A stretch of 64,000 nt of DNA from Raja brachyura (Eukaryota). Position numbers and translations under genes: made by a program. This document shows positions 13,038-24,520 of this stretch, piece after piece. Location: NCBI GenBank assembly GCA_963514005.1, contig OY740801.1, positions 16,182,001 through 16,246,000 on the forward strand, in the 5' to 3' direction. Position 1 is the first letter of the stretch. The number at the start of each line of letters is the position of its first letter. The notes under the pieces are model-generated. The model saw nothing but the letters and a program-made list of their open reading frames with translations. It was not told the origin of the DNA and searched no databases.

Positions 13038-13694
13038 CTGAACATACAGGGAAGATAAACATGCATTTAATGTAATTACATTTCAAAGTTAAGTTCACAT
13101 TTAATGGGAATCACTGTTTGCCCCTTTCACATTAAAGATCAGCAATACAAACACTAACATCCCCAAATCCGCACAATTACATTTTCTTCTGCGGTTACAG
13201 CGTAATCACATCTCTTTATAATTAAGCTGATGGTGAATTGATCGGTGGGTAATTCAAGCCCGGATCATTAGAGATCACTGAAGTATTTTCTCTAGAAGCT
13301 TTCAATCAAGATTCCAAGTGCCACCATGCACATCAATAGGATTCATTAAAACATGTCTTAGCAGCCACAGCAGTGTTTTTGGACGCTGAGTTTTTACGTG
13401 TTCCACACACAGTGGTGCAGGACCAGGACAAACAATTACCTTCTAATGGGTTTAGTGCAGCTATCATTTCCCCAAAGCAAGACTAATCCAGCTACCCCAT
13501 CAACTTAAGACCAATGCAAATGACTATCCCACTGCCACTCCAGAATGAATACATCAAATCATAAAACTTATATTGAGCAGGCTATCCTGATGAGACACAC
13601 AAAGTGCTGGAGCAACTCAACGGGTTAGGCAGCATTTTTGGAGAACATTGATTGGTGATGTTTCGGGTCATGATCCAAGTTCCGACTGAAGAGA

Positions 13695-13925
13695 TGTTTA
13701 GAGAGATGCAGTGTGGAAACAGGCCCTTTAGCCCATCGAGTTCACGTTGACCATCGATCACACGTTCTCTCTAGTTCTGTTATTCCATTTTTTCATCTAT
13801 TCCCTACACCAGTGGCAATTTACAGAGGGCCAATTAACCTACACACCCAGACGTCTTTGGGATGTGGATTGAAACCCGAACACCCAGAGGAAACCCACAC
13901 AGTTACAGGGAGAACATGCAAACTC
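13695..13925 (-). mobile_element. HE1-like SINE (reverse orientation)
   Basis: Reverse complement resembles 31443-31752 (gtggaaacaggccc..., aaacccacacagttacagggagaacatgcaaactc). Confidence 0.7.
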
Positions 13926-13964
13926 TCTTGCTTTACTGAAACTTTGTGAATTTTGTCATTTATA

Positions 13965-14720
13965 TAGTGTCAGTCATGAAAAAGGCCGCATGGGCCATTA
14001 AGTCCACAGCAACCATTTGGCACCCATCTGTATTTGTGCCACTTTCAATCACTGGGCCAGTAACCTTCTATGCCAAGACAATTCAAGTGCTTGTCTTGAC
14101 ACATCTTAAATGCATGTTTCTACCACTCTCTCAGGCAGTGCATTCCAAGTTCTTACCACTCTCTGGGTGATAAAGGTCCCCCCTCATATTCCCTCCAAAT
14201 TTTTTACCCACTAAATCTATATTTTTTCGTTTTATTCACCTCCGATTTGGGGAATAGTTTCACACAATATACCCTACCTGTACCCCTCATAATGATGTAT
14301 ACTTCAATTGTGCCCCCTTTTAACCTCCTCTGCTCTAGGCAAACAAAGCTGGCCTCTCTACACAACTGAAATGCTCCATCCCAGGCTTTATACTGGTGAA
14401 TATCTGTTCCCGCACTATCCAATCCTTCCCCTAGTGTGGTGACCAGAAGTACATAGTATTCCAGCTGAGGTCTGACCAATGTTTTATAAACTTGGAGCAT
14501 ACTTTCTCTGCTCTTATACTCCAAAACATGAATAACGAAAGCCAACTTGACACACCCTTCTTAACTACATTATTGACAATGCCGTATCCTTCAGGACTTT
14601 GAATTTCAACACCAAGGTCCCTCAGTTTTTCAATACTCCGTGGGCCATTCATTGTATATGTCCCAGCATCAGTGGTACTCCCAAATGCATCACTTCACAT
14701 TTATCTGGGTTAAACTGTCT
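13965..14720 (-). mobile_element. Decayed CR1 LINE 3' fragment
   Basis: ORF remnant EYKSRESMLQVYKTLVRPQLEYYV...LEQRRLKG. Confidence 0.8.
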
Positions 14721-14787
14721 GATTTATCTCAACCTATTTCAACAACACATTGATATCTCTAAAGTTACTAACATTTATAGATGTTAC

Positions 14788-14862
14788 CTGTTCTTGAGAC
14801 TGACGCATGGGTCCAGACATATTCCTCTGGTTCTGTGCCTTCTGTTGCTGCTGTAGCAGTCG
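14788..14862 (-). CDS. TNRC6A: TNRC6A exon, Q-rich region
   Basis: attag|CGA...CAG|gtaac; RLLQQQQKAQNQRNMSGPMRQSQEQ, 75 nt, phase 0-0. Confidence 0.9.
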
Positions 14863-15271
14863 CTAATATTAAGAATGAACATTAAATGTAAAATAGCTTC
14901 AACTAGCAAACAAAAGTGGCCAATATATTGTGAACCGCTTGAAGACATTTTGGCAGTTTTACACTGAGACTCTGGGGCAGCAGGAATTTATTCAATGGAC
15001 CAAGAGGGCTGATCTGTGATGAAAGTTAAGAAGTTGGCATAAACAGAGTACTTGGTAGTAATACTAAGGACTTCCTGTGCTCCTGGAACCACGTAATTAT
15101 GATTATAGGTGCTCTCATCCACCCAGTCCTTACTTTAGTATCTCTTCTGATGAGCATATCTGAAGGACAACTCTGCACAGACAGCCAGCATTAGGTTTCA
15201 GTACCATGTTATTTTCTGCAAGTGCTTTCCAGATTCTCAGCTTGCCATGGGTCAGGCAATAGTTTAGTCCA

Positions 15272-15716
15272 TACCTCTGTACTCCACAATTTGATATTTG
15301 TAATAGAAAAAATCATATGTGGTTAAAGTGCACATAGTCAGATTTTATTAAAGGGTATTTTTATACATTTTGGTTTCACTATGTAGGAATTACAGCTGTG
15401 TTTATACATAGTCCCCACATTTCAGGGCACCAAAATGTTTGGGACACGTTTGTAATTGCTCAGGTGTGTTTAATTGCCTCCGTAATGCAGGTATAAGAGC
15501 GCTCTCAGCACCTAGTCTTTCCTCCAGTCTTTCCATCGTCTTTGTGTATAAACACTGCTGTAATTTCTACATGGTGAAACAAAAATGTCTAAAAATGGCC
15601 TTTATTAAAATCTGACAATGTGCACTTTAACCACAAGTGCTTTTTTCTATTACAAATCTCAAAGAGGCAGATAAATCAATGATGGGTCTTTGTCCCAAAC
15701 ATTATGGATGGCACTG
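15272..15716. mobile_element. Tc1-derived MITE-like internal deletion derivative
   Basis: About 130-bp inverted arms (15290-15410 vs 15543-15663); right terminus tgtcccaaacattatggatggcactg|ta. Confidence 0.7.
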
Positions 15717-16257
15717 TATTTTCTTCAGGGAATAAAAGCAGGAAGGGTTGGGAGGATGCAAGGTTATTTTCTGCAGGAACAAGGACAAAATTATAGTTTG
15801 ATGCAAATCTGCACCGATCTGAAATCAGTTCATGTACCTCATTATTTATTAACAATAAATGTGATGAAATAATTGAGGTTAATATAGGAAAGATCAAAAT
15901 GATATACTTTGTCCTAAACTCCTGTGACATGAACTTACAACTACCAGGAGATAATTTAATTGTAGATGGTACTGCAGTGAGGTTATTGTCATTGACACCT
16001 GATACAATGAAGAAAGTATCCAGCAAAAATCATTGAAAGTGACAAGGAGGAACTAAGTGGTGCAGAGGCCAACTGCAGCATCCTTACTGCTACCTCACAC
16101 GAGATCAGCTAACACAGATAACAGTTTGGACCCAGGATTTTCAGAAAAATCAAATCTATCATTTTACGATAAACTCAATTAATTGTGGGATGGGTGATCA
16201 CCCACTGACCCTGGCAGCTTCTATAAACACATATTTAAACAATAAATTATCCCCTAC

Positions 16258-16404
16258 CTGTAGTTGGGAGATCTGTGAAAGTTGATTCAGCTGGTTCAAC
16301 TGGGAGAGCTGGTTCAGCATGGCCACTTGCTGGGGGCCAAAGTTCAATAGTGCAGTGTTTAGGCTCCCGTTGGCTGTTGCATACTTCAGTAATGATGCTG
16401 GAAC
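16258..16404 (-). CDS. TNRC6A: TNRC6A exon, Q-rich region
   Basis: aaag|GTT...CAG|gtagg; VPASLLKYA...[28 protein letters not shown]. Confidence 0.94.
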
Positions 16405-16824
16405 CTTTTGGAAGGGAAGATATTTTTTTTAAGGATTGCAGGATTTAAATTGACTTGTTATTAATTGGATTCAGACATACTTTATATTTTAGTGACTTTT
16501 GGAGATATTTGAGAGCTCACAATGTTTAACAGAATTGGAACATGCCTGGTTCAGAGATCAATAGATGTTAAAAACGAATTGAACCCGACAATTCCCCATC
16601 TGCTCCTCTCTCTATACCCAAAACACTTGTGGCTCAGCTAAAGTGGCTTGCATCTACCATCCCAGGCATCATAAAATTATTGTGATGCTCCACATTGCCA
16701 AACAGTGACACCTGGGAGCAACCTACATGTGGCCCACATACTGGCATACTTGTATCTTCGGAGAGACTGAGGTAACATATATCCCTTAAAGGTGACCTAA
16801 AATTCTTCTGCCCTTTTGCTTATA

Positions 16825-17580
16825 GAGCATATAACAGTACAGCACAGGAACAAGCCCTTTGGCCCACAATGTCTGTGCTGAACATGATGCCATGACCAAA
16901 CCTTATCTGCCTGCACTTAATCTGTTTCCCTCCATTCCGTGCATATCCATGTGCTTCTCCAAAAGTCTCCTAAATGCCACTATCGCATTGGTCTCAATCT
17001 CTACTCCCGGCAATGCATTTCAGGCACTCACCACCCTCAGTGTAAAAAAAACCTGCTCCATGCATCTCTCTTAACTTTGTTCCTCTCATCTTACAGCAAG
17101 GCCCTCCAATAGTTGATGCTTCCATCCTGAGAAATAGACTACCTTATATACTTCTATACTGCCTCTCATAACTTTGTATACTTCTATCAGATGCCCGGCA
17201 ACCTCCAGCGTTCCAGAGAAAACAATCCAAGTCTGCCCAACTATTCCCCGTAGCTACTGCACTCTAATCTAGGTGTCATTCTGGAAAACCCCCTCTGCAC
17301 CTTTTTCAAAGCCTCCACATTCTTCCTATATTGGGCGATCAGAATGGCACGCAATACTCCAAATATGGTTTAACCAAAATCCTACGAAGCTGCATCATGG
17401 CTTTCCTGACTCTTATACGCAATGTCCTGACTAATGAAAGCCAACATACCATATGCCTTATTTATCTCTCTATCTACTTGTGTTGCTACTTTCAGGGAGT
17501 TATGGACATGGAACCCAAGACACCTCTGTACATTAATGCTACTAAGGATCATGCCGTGTATATTTTGCCCTTATATTACA
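16825..17580 (-). mobile_element. Decayed CR1 LINE 3' fragment
   Basis: cagaatggcacgcaatactccaaatatgg is the reverse of the PxLEYCVxFW motif; CR1-type 3' tail at 16825-16890. Confidence 0.75.
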
Positions 17581-17737
17581 GTATATATAAATGAATAAAC
17601 CCTGAAAACAGGAAAGAACACAATAGATAGACACAAAATGCTGGAGTAACTCAGCGGGGCAGGCAGCACATTGGAGGGAAAGAATGGGTGACGCTTCGGG
17701 TCGAGACCCTTCAAAACACATCAATGTTTTTATGTAC

Positions 17738-17875
17738 CTGAGGGGATAATAATGGAGGAGGCACTTGAGCGCGAAGATTAGGCTGAGATGAGTTAAGAGG
17801 TTGTGCTGGGGGCTGTTGCATGCCCCTGGCTTGTGCTGCTGCATTGCTGCCGCCATATATATTAGGATTGCCATT
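17738..17875 (-). CDS. TNRC6A: TNRC6A exon
   Basis: tacag|AAT...CAG|gtac; NGNPNIYGG...[30 protein letters not shown]. Confidence 0.95.
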
Positions 17876-18879
17876 CTGTAACAAGAGCATAAGCGACATC
17901 AGGGCAAAGATCACAATTTTGAATGCATCCCATCTTTACGGAACAAAGACTCCCATATAACAAGTGTGGGAAAAGGAAAAAGATAACAATACATTAAATG
18001 ATGAACATTCAACAGATTTTTCCTATCACTTCCCATGCTAGCAATTCTCAGCTGGGATTAAATAAAATAAAATTAAATAAATGTATGCCACCCCTCAGTC
18101 TGCAGCCCCTCTAAGTTTCTACATGTATTGTGAGAAACTATTTCCGCTAATCTACCAATTCCTCTTTAGTGTCTGTCGTGATTTCAGACTTGAAATTAAT
18201 TATGTATCTGCCAAGCAAAACATGATTTTGGAAAGTGGTGGCAGTGGGGTGGAAATGAAGACAGAGGGATAAACCATGTGAGGTTAAAGATGAAAATCAC
18301 ACCAAGACAAAATCCTACCACTGCAACAAGTGCTCAGTGCCTTCCAAGAAAAAATAAAGCCTCTCATTCTGCTAGATAGGTCAGATCACTTTGCCTTTAA
18401 TAAATAAGGATTGCTTTTTACTTTCAGTGCTGCCATTTCCTGAGAGAGGTGTGCTCAATGATCAGTTTGTGATATATTCTATGGGAAAACAAATCTAGAT
18501 CTTCACAGCTTAACAGTACATAACAAAAGCTCCAAAATACATCCCCACAGTACAGTAGCTCTGATTCACATTTTTTTTTTTTACTGGATGACTTTCACAC
18601 CTCCAGTATGCTTTGAATAGTAAATGTGGCGGGATCTATAATCACTTCTAAAGATGGATAAACATTAAATTAAAAAATTAATAGGCGCACAGAAGGAGCA
18701 CAAAAAAGGTATTAAGAATACAGTTCTGTCAGTAAGCTGCCACAGTAGAAACGAGTGAATAGGCTCTTTCATTGATATGGAGTAGTTGTTTCTAAGGTAG
18801 TCCCCAGGGTCAGAGAACATAGAACAGTATAACACAGGAACAGGCCCTTCAGCCCTCGATATCAGTGCTGAACATTGGT

Positions 18880-19600
18880 CAGGCTGATTTCCTTCCACAT
18901 GAGCTCTGAAATTTTTTAGCTGGTTGAAGAGTCCTATATGAAATTTGCAGCCTTTGCCATGGTGGGTGGACATGTGGGGGGTAGGTCATATTGGATGGAG
19001 ATCGTTGATTCAAATATTGTGTGCTTCCATTGTTTGCACGTGGCCTCAGTGTACATCTACTGCAGAATCTTAAGGTGCTCAGTGTCTTCCCAGAAGCTGC
19101 ACTATTTTGAGCATATTGAGGGATTGCCATGAGCTGGAGCAGAGACAATCATGTCAATCTTGTGAATGCTATTGAAGTGCTTTCCCCATACCTCTAGGCT
19201 GTTACAAAGCTCAAAGTAGCAAGTTTGTTACTGGAGTCTGATGGTGAACAATGTGTCCTTCCCACTAGAGCTCACTAAGCATGATCAGGGTTGCAATGTT
19301 GAGGGTGTGAGTCTGAGAGAGGATATGGTAATGATTCACTTCTGCCAATGTATTTGAAGAATGTTGTAGAGGCAACATTACTTTGAGTGCCCTCTATATT
19401 TGTTCATATATACAGTAGTGCTTTAAGTTTGACTTTGATCTGTCTTTCCTGAGAGGTAGCTCTCAAGATATGGGAAATGATTCACATTTTCCTGGTTCTC
19501 ATTGTAGATCTTGATTGATGCAAGGTAATGTTATGCAATAGGGGTCAGTGGAGGATCACAGATGTCTAGATATTTAGTGCATGGCCCTTCCTCTGGTACA
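18880..19600 (-). mobile_element. Highly decayed RTE-type LINE 3' fragment
   Basis: Remnant HGKGCKFHIGLFNQLKNFR resembles the RTE C-terminal CGxxCRSRIGLxSHLRTH zinc motif. Confidence 0.45.
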
Positions 19601-19620
19601 TTTCAAAGTTGAACTTGGCA

Positions 19621-19825
19621 AATACAAAATGCTGGAGTAACTAGGCGGAACAGGCAGCATCTCTGGATAAAAGCAATAGGTGACGTTTCGGGTCGAGACC
19701 CTTCTTCAGACTCGACCTCAAACGTCACACATTCCTTCTATCCAGAGATTCTGCCTGTTCTGCTGAGTTACTGCAGCATTTTGTATCTATCTTCGGTGTA
19801 AACCAGCATCCACAGTTCCTTCCTA
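19621..19825. mobile_element. Inverted pair of Penelope-type terminal repeats (fold-back unit)
   Basis: Left arm tacaaaatgctggagtaact...tgacgttt is the imperfect reverse complement of right arm aaacgtca...agttactgcagcattttgta. Confidence 0.75.
19676..19714 (-). ncRNA. Putative minimal type I hammerhead ribozyme motif (Penelope-associated)
   Basis: Minus strand reads gagu CUGAAGA A GGGUC UC GACCC GAAAC GUC accu: CUGANGA box, stem II, GAAA box, minimal stem III, GUC cleavage triplet; stem I very short. Confidence 0.55.
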
Positions 19826-20369
19826 AACATGAACTTGGCACTTGGCTTCTAAATACACACACATGGATGCACAGTTGATTGAGATTGACTTGCTGCTGAA
19901 GTAGAACATGTTATTTGTCCTGCAAATTAGCTACACTACTAAGGGAGCTTGGTGGAAATACGATGCAGAGAGTTGGTGTGCATTGGGATTGAATCAGCGG
20001 CAAGCTCATTTGTTAAATCACAATTTAAATGTCATGATCCTAACTGGAAATGGCTCAAACAACCTATTTCTGTGCTATAGAGTTTTATGATTCGATAGGC
20101 AGCTTGCTGATTTGTGCATTCATTCTTAGTCTTCTAATTTCATTTTGACCATGTGAAGATTCTTCACATGAGAACCTGCAAACTTAAAGCAGCATCACCA
20201 GGCTCAGCCTCCCTATTTTTTTTTGAGTGGGGAAAATAACTGAGACACGGTAGGAAGGAACAAGAAAAACAATAAAGTAATTGAGCAGTTCAAAAGTTCC
20301 TTTAAATATTTAATTGAAACACACTGTAGAGTTCACTTCCAGCACACGGAAGATTTTGAACTGACTCAC

Positions 20370-20537
20370 CTGTCTAACAGAATTCAAGTTTTGCATGCCC
20401 AGACCCACTGAGCCAAGAGCCTGATTAGGTAGTGCACAGTTTGAAGGGGGAAGCTTCATGCTTGGTGCAGAGATGTGCGTTAGGGTTTGGGGCTCGTCAG
20501 CCATAATGCCATCTTGATTGGACAAAGACAGAGACAA
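20370..20537 (-). CDS. TNRC6A: TNRC6A exon (likely alternatively spliced)
   Basis: cccag|TTG...CAG|gtgagt; [15 protein letters not shown]...[30 protein letters not shown]; 168 nt, phase 0-0. Confidence 0.88.
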
Positions 20538-21091
20538 CTGGGCAAGGGCAATGTGGTTGGAAAATGCAAACATGGAAAGCCAATCAGCAGCAGAAAGGCA
20601 GGACATGGCAGAAACAAGAGAAAAGACAAAGGGTTAGTCTCTATTTTAGATCTACAGATTCAAAAGGCTGGCTAGCAACAAATGGGGCTCCATAACATAC
20701 AAACAAATTACATTAAAAAGGCTGTTTACTACATAAAAACAAAGACACAATGAAAAACACTTTGCAGCTGGTGATAGTAGTCCTCAAATAACATTTACAA
20801 CTGTATATGTATATGATTTACTTTCAAAACCTAATGACTCATTATTATATGAATAAGTGTACAATACATCATGAAGGATTGGGGTTTATCCCATTCATAA
20901 TTCTCTGAAAGTCGCCAATTTACATTGGGCTCTTGTTTCCCGACGGGACTCCCGATGCATAGTGATGGCCAAGGATCATAAACAAGTAACATCTCAGCTC
21001 TCACTTGTAACAAAAAATATTCGAAAGTTTCTGTTTTAAAAAAAAATCAATTCATCGGTTTCTATTTTATGGACATGGAGGGGATACTAAC

Positions 21092-21234
21092 CTTATCGTA
21101 ATAAGGACTACGTTCCATGGAAGACTCTTTGGAAATCTGAGGACGAGAAGTATGACCTTTCCCTATAATGCCATTATATTCTCCAATGTTCATGCCATGC
21201 TTGTCCATCTCCATTCTCTTATCTCGCAGCATAC
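21092..21234 (-). CDS. TNRC6A: TNRC6A exon
   Basis: ttccag|GT...AAG|gttagt; [21 protein letters not shown]...[19 protein letters not shown]. Confidence 0.94.
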
Positions 21235-21369
21235 CTGGAAAGGGGTGAAGAATCAGCAGAGTTACCCACTGTTATTTTAAAGATATTATATAACAAATAT
21301 TCAATGCAGATTCAAAGATTCCTTCTTGTGAGTGAAGGATAGATTAGCTGGTAAAGGTTTCTGGAAGTT

Positions 21370-21810
21370 ATTATTCAGAGTTTAGAATATAGGAGCATGA
21401 AAATTATGGTACAACTATAAAACTTTGGTTAGGCTACAACAATAGTACTGTGTGCAGTTCTGGTTGCCAGAATATAAGAAGGGCATAATTGTACTGAAGA
21501 AAGAGCACAAGGCATGTTGCCTGGTATGAAATGTTTCAGTCACGAAAGATACTGGAGAGGCAAGCTTTGGAATGGAGGAGGATCCGATAGAGGTATTCAA
21601 ATTTCCACTAGAGGGTGGTTACGATCTGCAAAATGTGGTGATAGAGGTAAGTACTCTCACATTTAAAAAAAGTATATAGACAAGCACTTGAATCACTAAG
21701 GCTTGGAAGATTAACAATCAAGTGCTTGGAAATGGTATTACTATAGATGGGTTCTTGATGGTCACATGGATACAGTGGACCAAGGGGCCCGTTTCTGTGC
21801 TTCAAGACTC
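21370..21810 (+). mobile_element. Decayed CR1 LINE 3' fragment
   Basis: tagaatataggagc...tataaaactttggttaggctacaac...tactgtgtgcagttctgg (EYRS...YKTLVR...YCVQFW). Confidence 0.7.
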
Positions 21811-21848
21811 CATTATATTAATTTATGTTTAATGCAACAGTAGCTTAC

Positions 21849-21897
21849 CAACAGGTATGTCCATCTTATTGCTCTTTGTATCTTCAGCTGATTCCCT
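21849..21897 (-). CDS. TNRC6A: TNRC6A short exon, UBA-like region
   Basis: tacag|AGG...GTT G|gtaag; RESAEDTKSNKMDIPV. Confidence 0.88.
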
Positions 21898-22709
21898 CTG
21901 TAACAAGCAGAAATCGCCTTAAATATTCAGAATTTGCAGGAAATATTGGGATTGGTATCAGTAGAAAGGTCATAAGAAAATGACACCGTTGGGTCAGTAT
22001 TATCCTGTCGTTGGGTTCTGGTACAGAATTCTACGAATAAATTACTTTCAACTCCAAGTCAAGAACGCATGCAGCTGATTAAATATTAATAGCAGCAAAG
22101 TCAGTATTGGGAGGAATTTCTTAAGCTGGATAAATGTAACGCAAAAGCACTGCATTGCCAAAGAACACGGAATCATCTAGTTCAAGGTATAAAGTACAAC
22201 ACATATAGAGCAGAGTGTGCCATCCCCAAATCCCTGGGAAAGAGTAGCATTTCCCAAAGGATAAGGTGGTGAAAATGGAGCACTAAAAACATTAGTGATC
22301 ATGATATATTAACACAATTTTGCATTCGTTATCAGTGCCAGCAATGCCGTTCAGTTCCACGGTGGATAAGACATCGTGGATTGCTCCTGTTGGGACTTCA
22401 TGCCCTCCAATTCTATCCCAATCACAAAACACTTTGTATGGAGTCTTGACTTGGAACGAGAGTAAAATCCATCACAGCACAGCTTTTGATCTACTCTTCT
22501 GAGGGACAAGATTTGAACAAATACCTCAGAAAATAATGGGCATTAGTCTGATACATATTCCTTATAATCATTCTCTTCTTAAACGGAAAATAAATCTCCT
22601 GGCAACTATCTGGCCACTAATGAACTCAATAAAAGGTTGAAATGGTGTTGTCAGTCAGGTGTTGAAGGAGGGAAGAGAAAAGAATGCAGAATTATTACAT
22701 TGTACTCAC

Positions 22710-22790
22710 AGGAAATCCAATGTTAGAGAATTGCTTCATTAACTGATTCATCCATATATCATCTTGCTTATTTCCCCCTTTCATCATGCC
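22710..22790 (-). CDS. TNRC6A: TNRC6A exon, UBA-like region
   Basis: tctag|GGC...CCT|gtgagt; [27 protein letters not shown]. Confidence 0.93.
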
Positions 22791-22943
22791 CTAGAAAAGA
22801 TTTAAAATCGAATCACATGCAATGCTAGTCACAATTAAAACAAAATCTAAACATTCAAATTCCTTCTGAGGTAACAAAAATATCTTCATGACAGTGATAA
22901 TCACCACACATGTTATCAAGAGTAAGTGAGATGAGGTATGCAC

Positions 22944-22976
22944 CTTCCTTCTCTTCCCAATTTGCTCACTTGTCAC
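22944..22976 (-). CDS. TNRC6A: Putative 33-nt TNRC6A microexon with basic NLS-like motif (VTSEQIGKRRK)
   Basis: cacag|GTG...AAG|gtgcat, phase 0-0; same position and 11-aa length as the human GLSGKKRRRER segment (from memory); splice sites weak. Confidence 0.6.
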
Positions 22977-23282
22977 CTGTGTGCAAGGGTGTGATTGGGT
23001 ACTCAGAGGGAGGTAGGGATGTTTGAAATGGGACATATTACAGTTTAAAAATACAATCCGAGCTGAGACGAGCCAGAAGCAACTGTTTTCCAACTGATCA
23101 CCATCTATTTAACTCACTATTGCTGATATCATAAATATCCATTGTTTTTGTAAAAGCAAATGAATACAGAAAGAAGGATGAGAATAAAGTTAGAAGGCGG
23201 GAGGGTTAAAAAAATAACATGACCAAGCATGAAGATCTTTAATGTCTATAATTTGAAGTAACATGATTGCCAAAATTCTTAC

Positions 23283-23449
23283 CTTTGGAGCCATCTTTTT
23301 GGATGTCCAGTTTGAAGAAGAGTTACTATCTTGTGAGATGTTGCTGTTCCACATCACTGAGTCCGCTTCCTCCTCCTCCCAGCTAGAGTGACGAGGTCCT
23401 GGCGCCAATGTTTCCTCATCACCCCAGCCATCTTGCATAGGTTTGGGAC
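23283..23449 (-). CDS. TNRC6A: TNRC6A exon
   Basis: tacag|GT...AAG|gtaag; GPKPMQDGWGDEE...WEEEEADSVMWNSN...KKMAPK. Confidence 0.94.
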
Positions 23450-23849
23450 CTGTAAAGAACAGATCGCTGTATGGAACCATTGAGTGGCTTCAGCTTTTAA
23501 AGTATAACCTGAATTTCTCACCCACTATCTTTCAATGTAATCTACTGTGAGTAATCACTCCCGCACTGTTAGAAAGTAACTTCTGTGCATGATTGAGAGT
23601 GCTGGACAGCAAAGTAATCTTTACTCTAAATTATCTAAAATATATAAATTTGTGTTAATGCCCAGCAGGAAGAGAAACAGACTGTACTGATTTGTGAAGC
23701 AGCAGTGCAGATGACACCCTTTAGTTTAGTATGATACTGTTCTATGAAACTCCACTATAATTTCAAACTTTTCTGCATTTTTATAAACATTTATTTAGAC
23801 GACTGTAACAGCAGCAGGAAGATAAAAATTTCAGACCTTTTCTTGAGAG

Positions 23850-24520
23850 ATGGGGGTGAGGGGCTCCAGAAGTGGCGGAAATGTTGGGGATCCTGACTTA
23901 GCCACTCTAGCTAATGTTCAATCACTTGAGAAAATGCTTGAAGAGCTCAGAGCAAAGCTGCTGTTTCAAATGGAGACCTGGGATTGCTGTAATCTTTGTT
24001 TCATTGAAACATGGTTCAGCCCAGGCTCACCTATTCTTGCTGTAGAATTGAAGGTTTCTCCATTTATTGTATACTGTACAGAATCCCCAGACAAGAGGAA
24101 ATACAGTGCAGCAGTCAATGCTTTAAAGTGAAATTATGTGATGGTCTTAGCTCAATTCTTCTCCCCTGATGTGAAATATGTGTTCATAAAACGCAGTCAT
24201 TTTAATCTACCGAGAGAATTCACCTTGTCCATCGAGTCGACAGTCTATATACATTTCTCAAGACCAAAGTGGCAGTGGATGAATTATACTCTATTGTAAC
24301 CTCTCTTGTGGCAGCAAACAGTGATGCCTTGGTCATCATGGCGGTGATGAGACAGAGTACATGAAATATATCAAGAATCTTATGTCATGGTATCAGGACA
24401 ACAATTTACCCATAAACAAGACTCAAGAGTTGGCTCTTGACCAAAGGATGCAAGAGGTGAACACAACCCCCATGTCATCAATGGAGCAGCTCTGTACTGT
24501 AGTAAGGAGTTCTAGACTTC
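23850..24520 (+). mobile_element. Decayed Rex1-type LINE fragment (endonuclease start joined to RT end)
   Basis: LANVQSLEKMLEELRAKL...CCNLCFIETWF resembles the APE endonuclease N-terminus. Confidence 0.6.
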
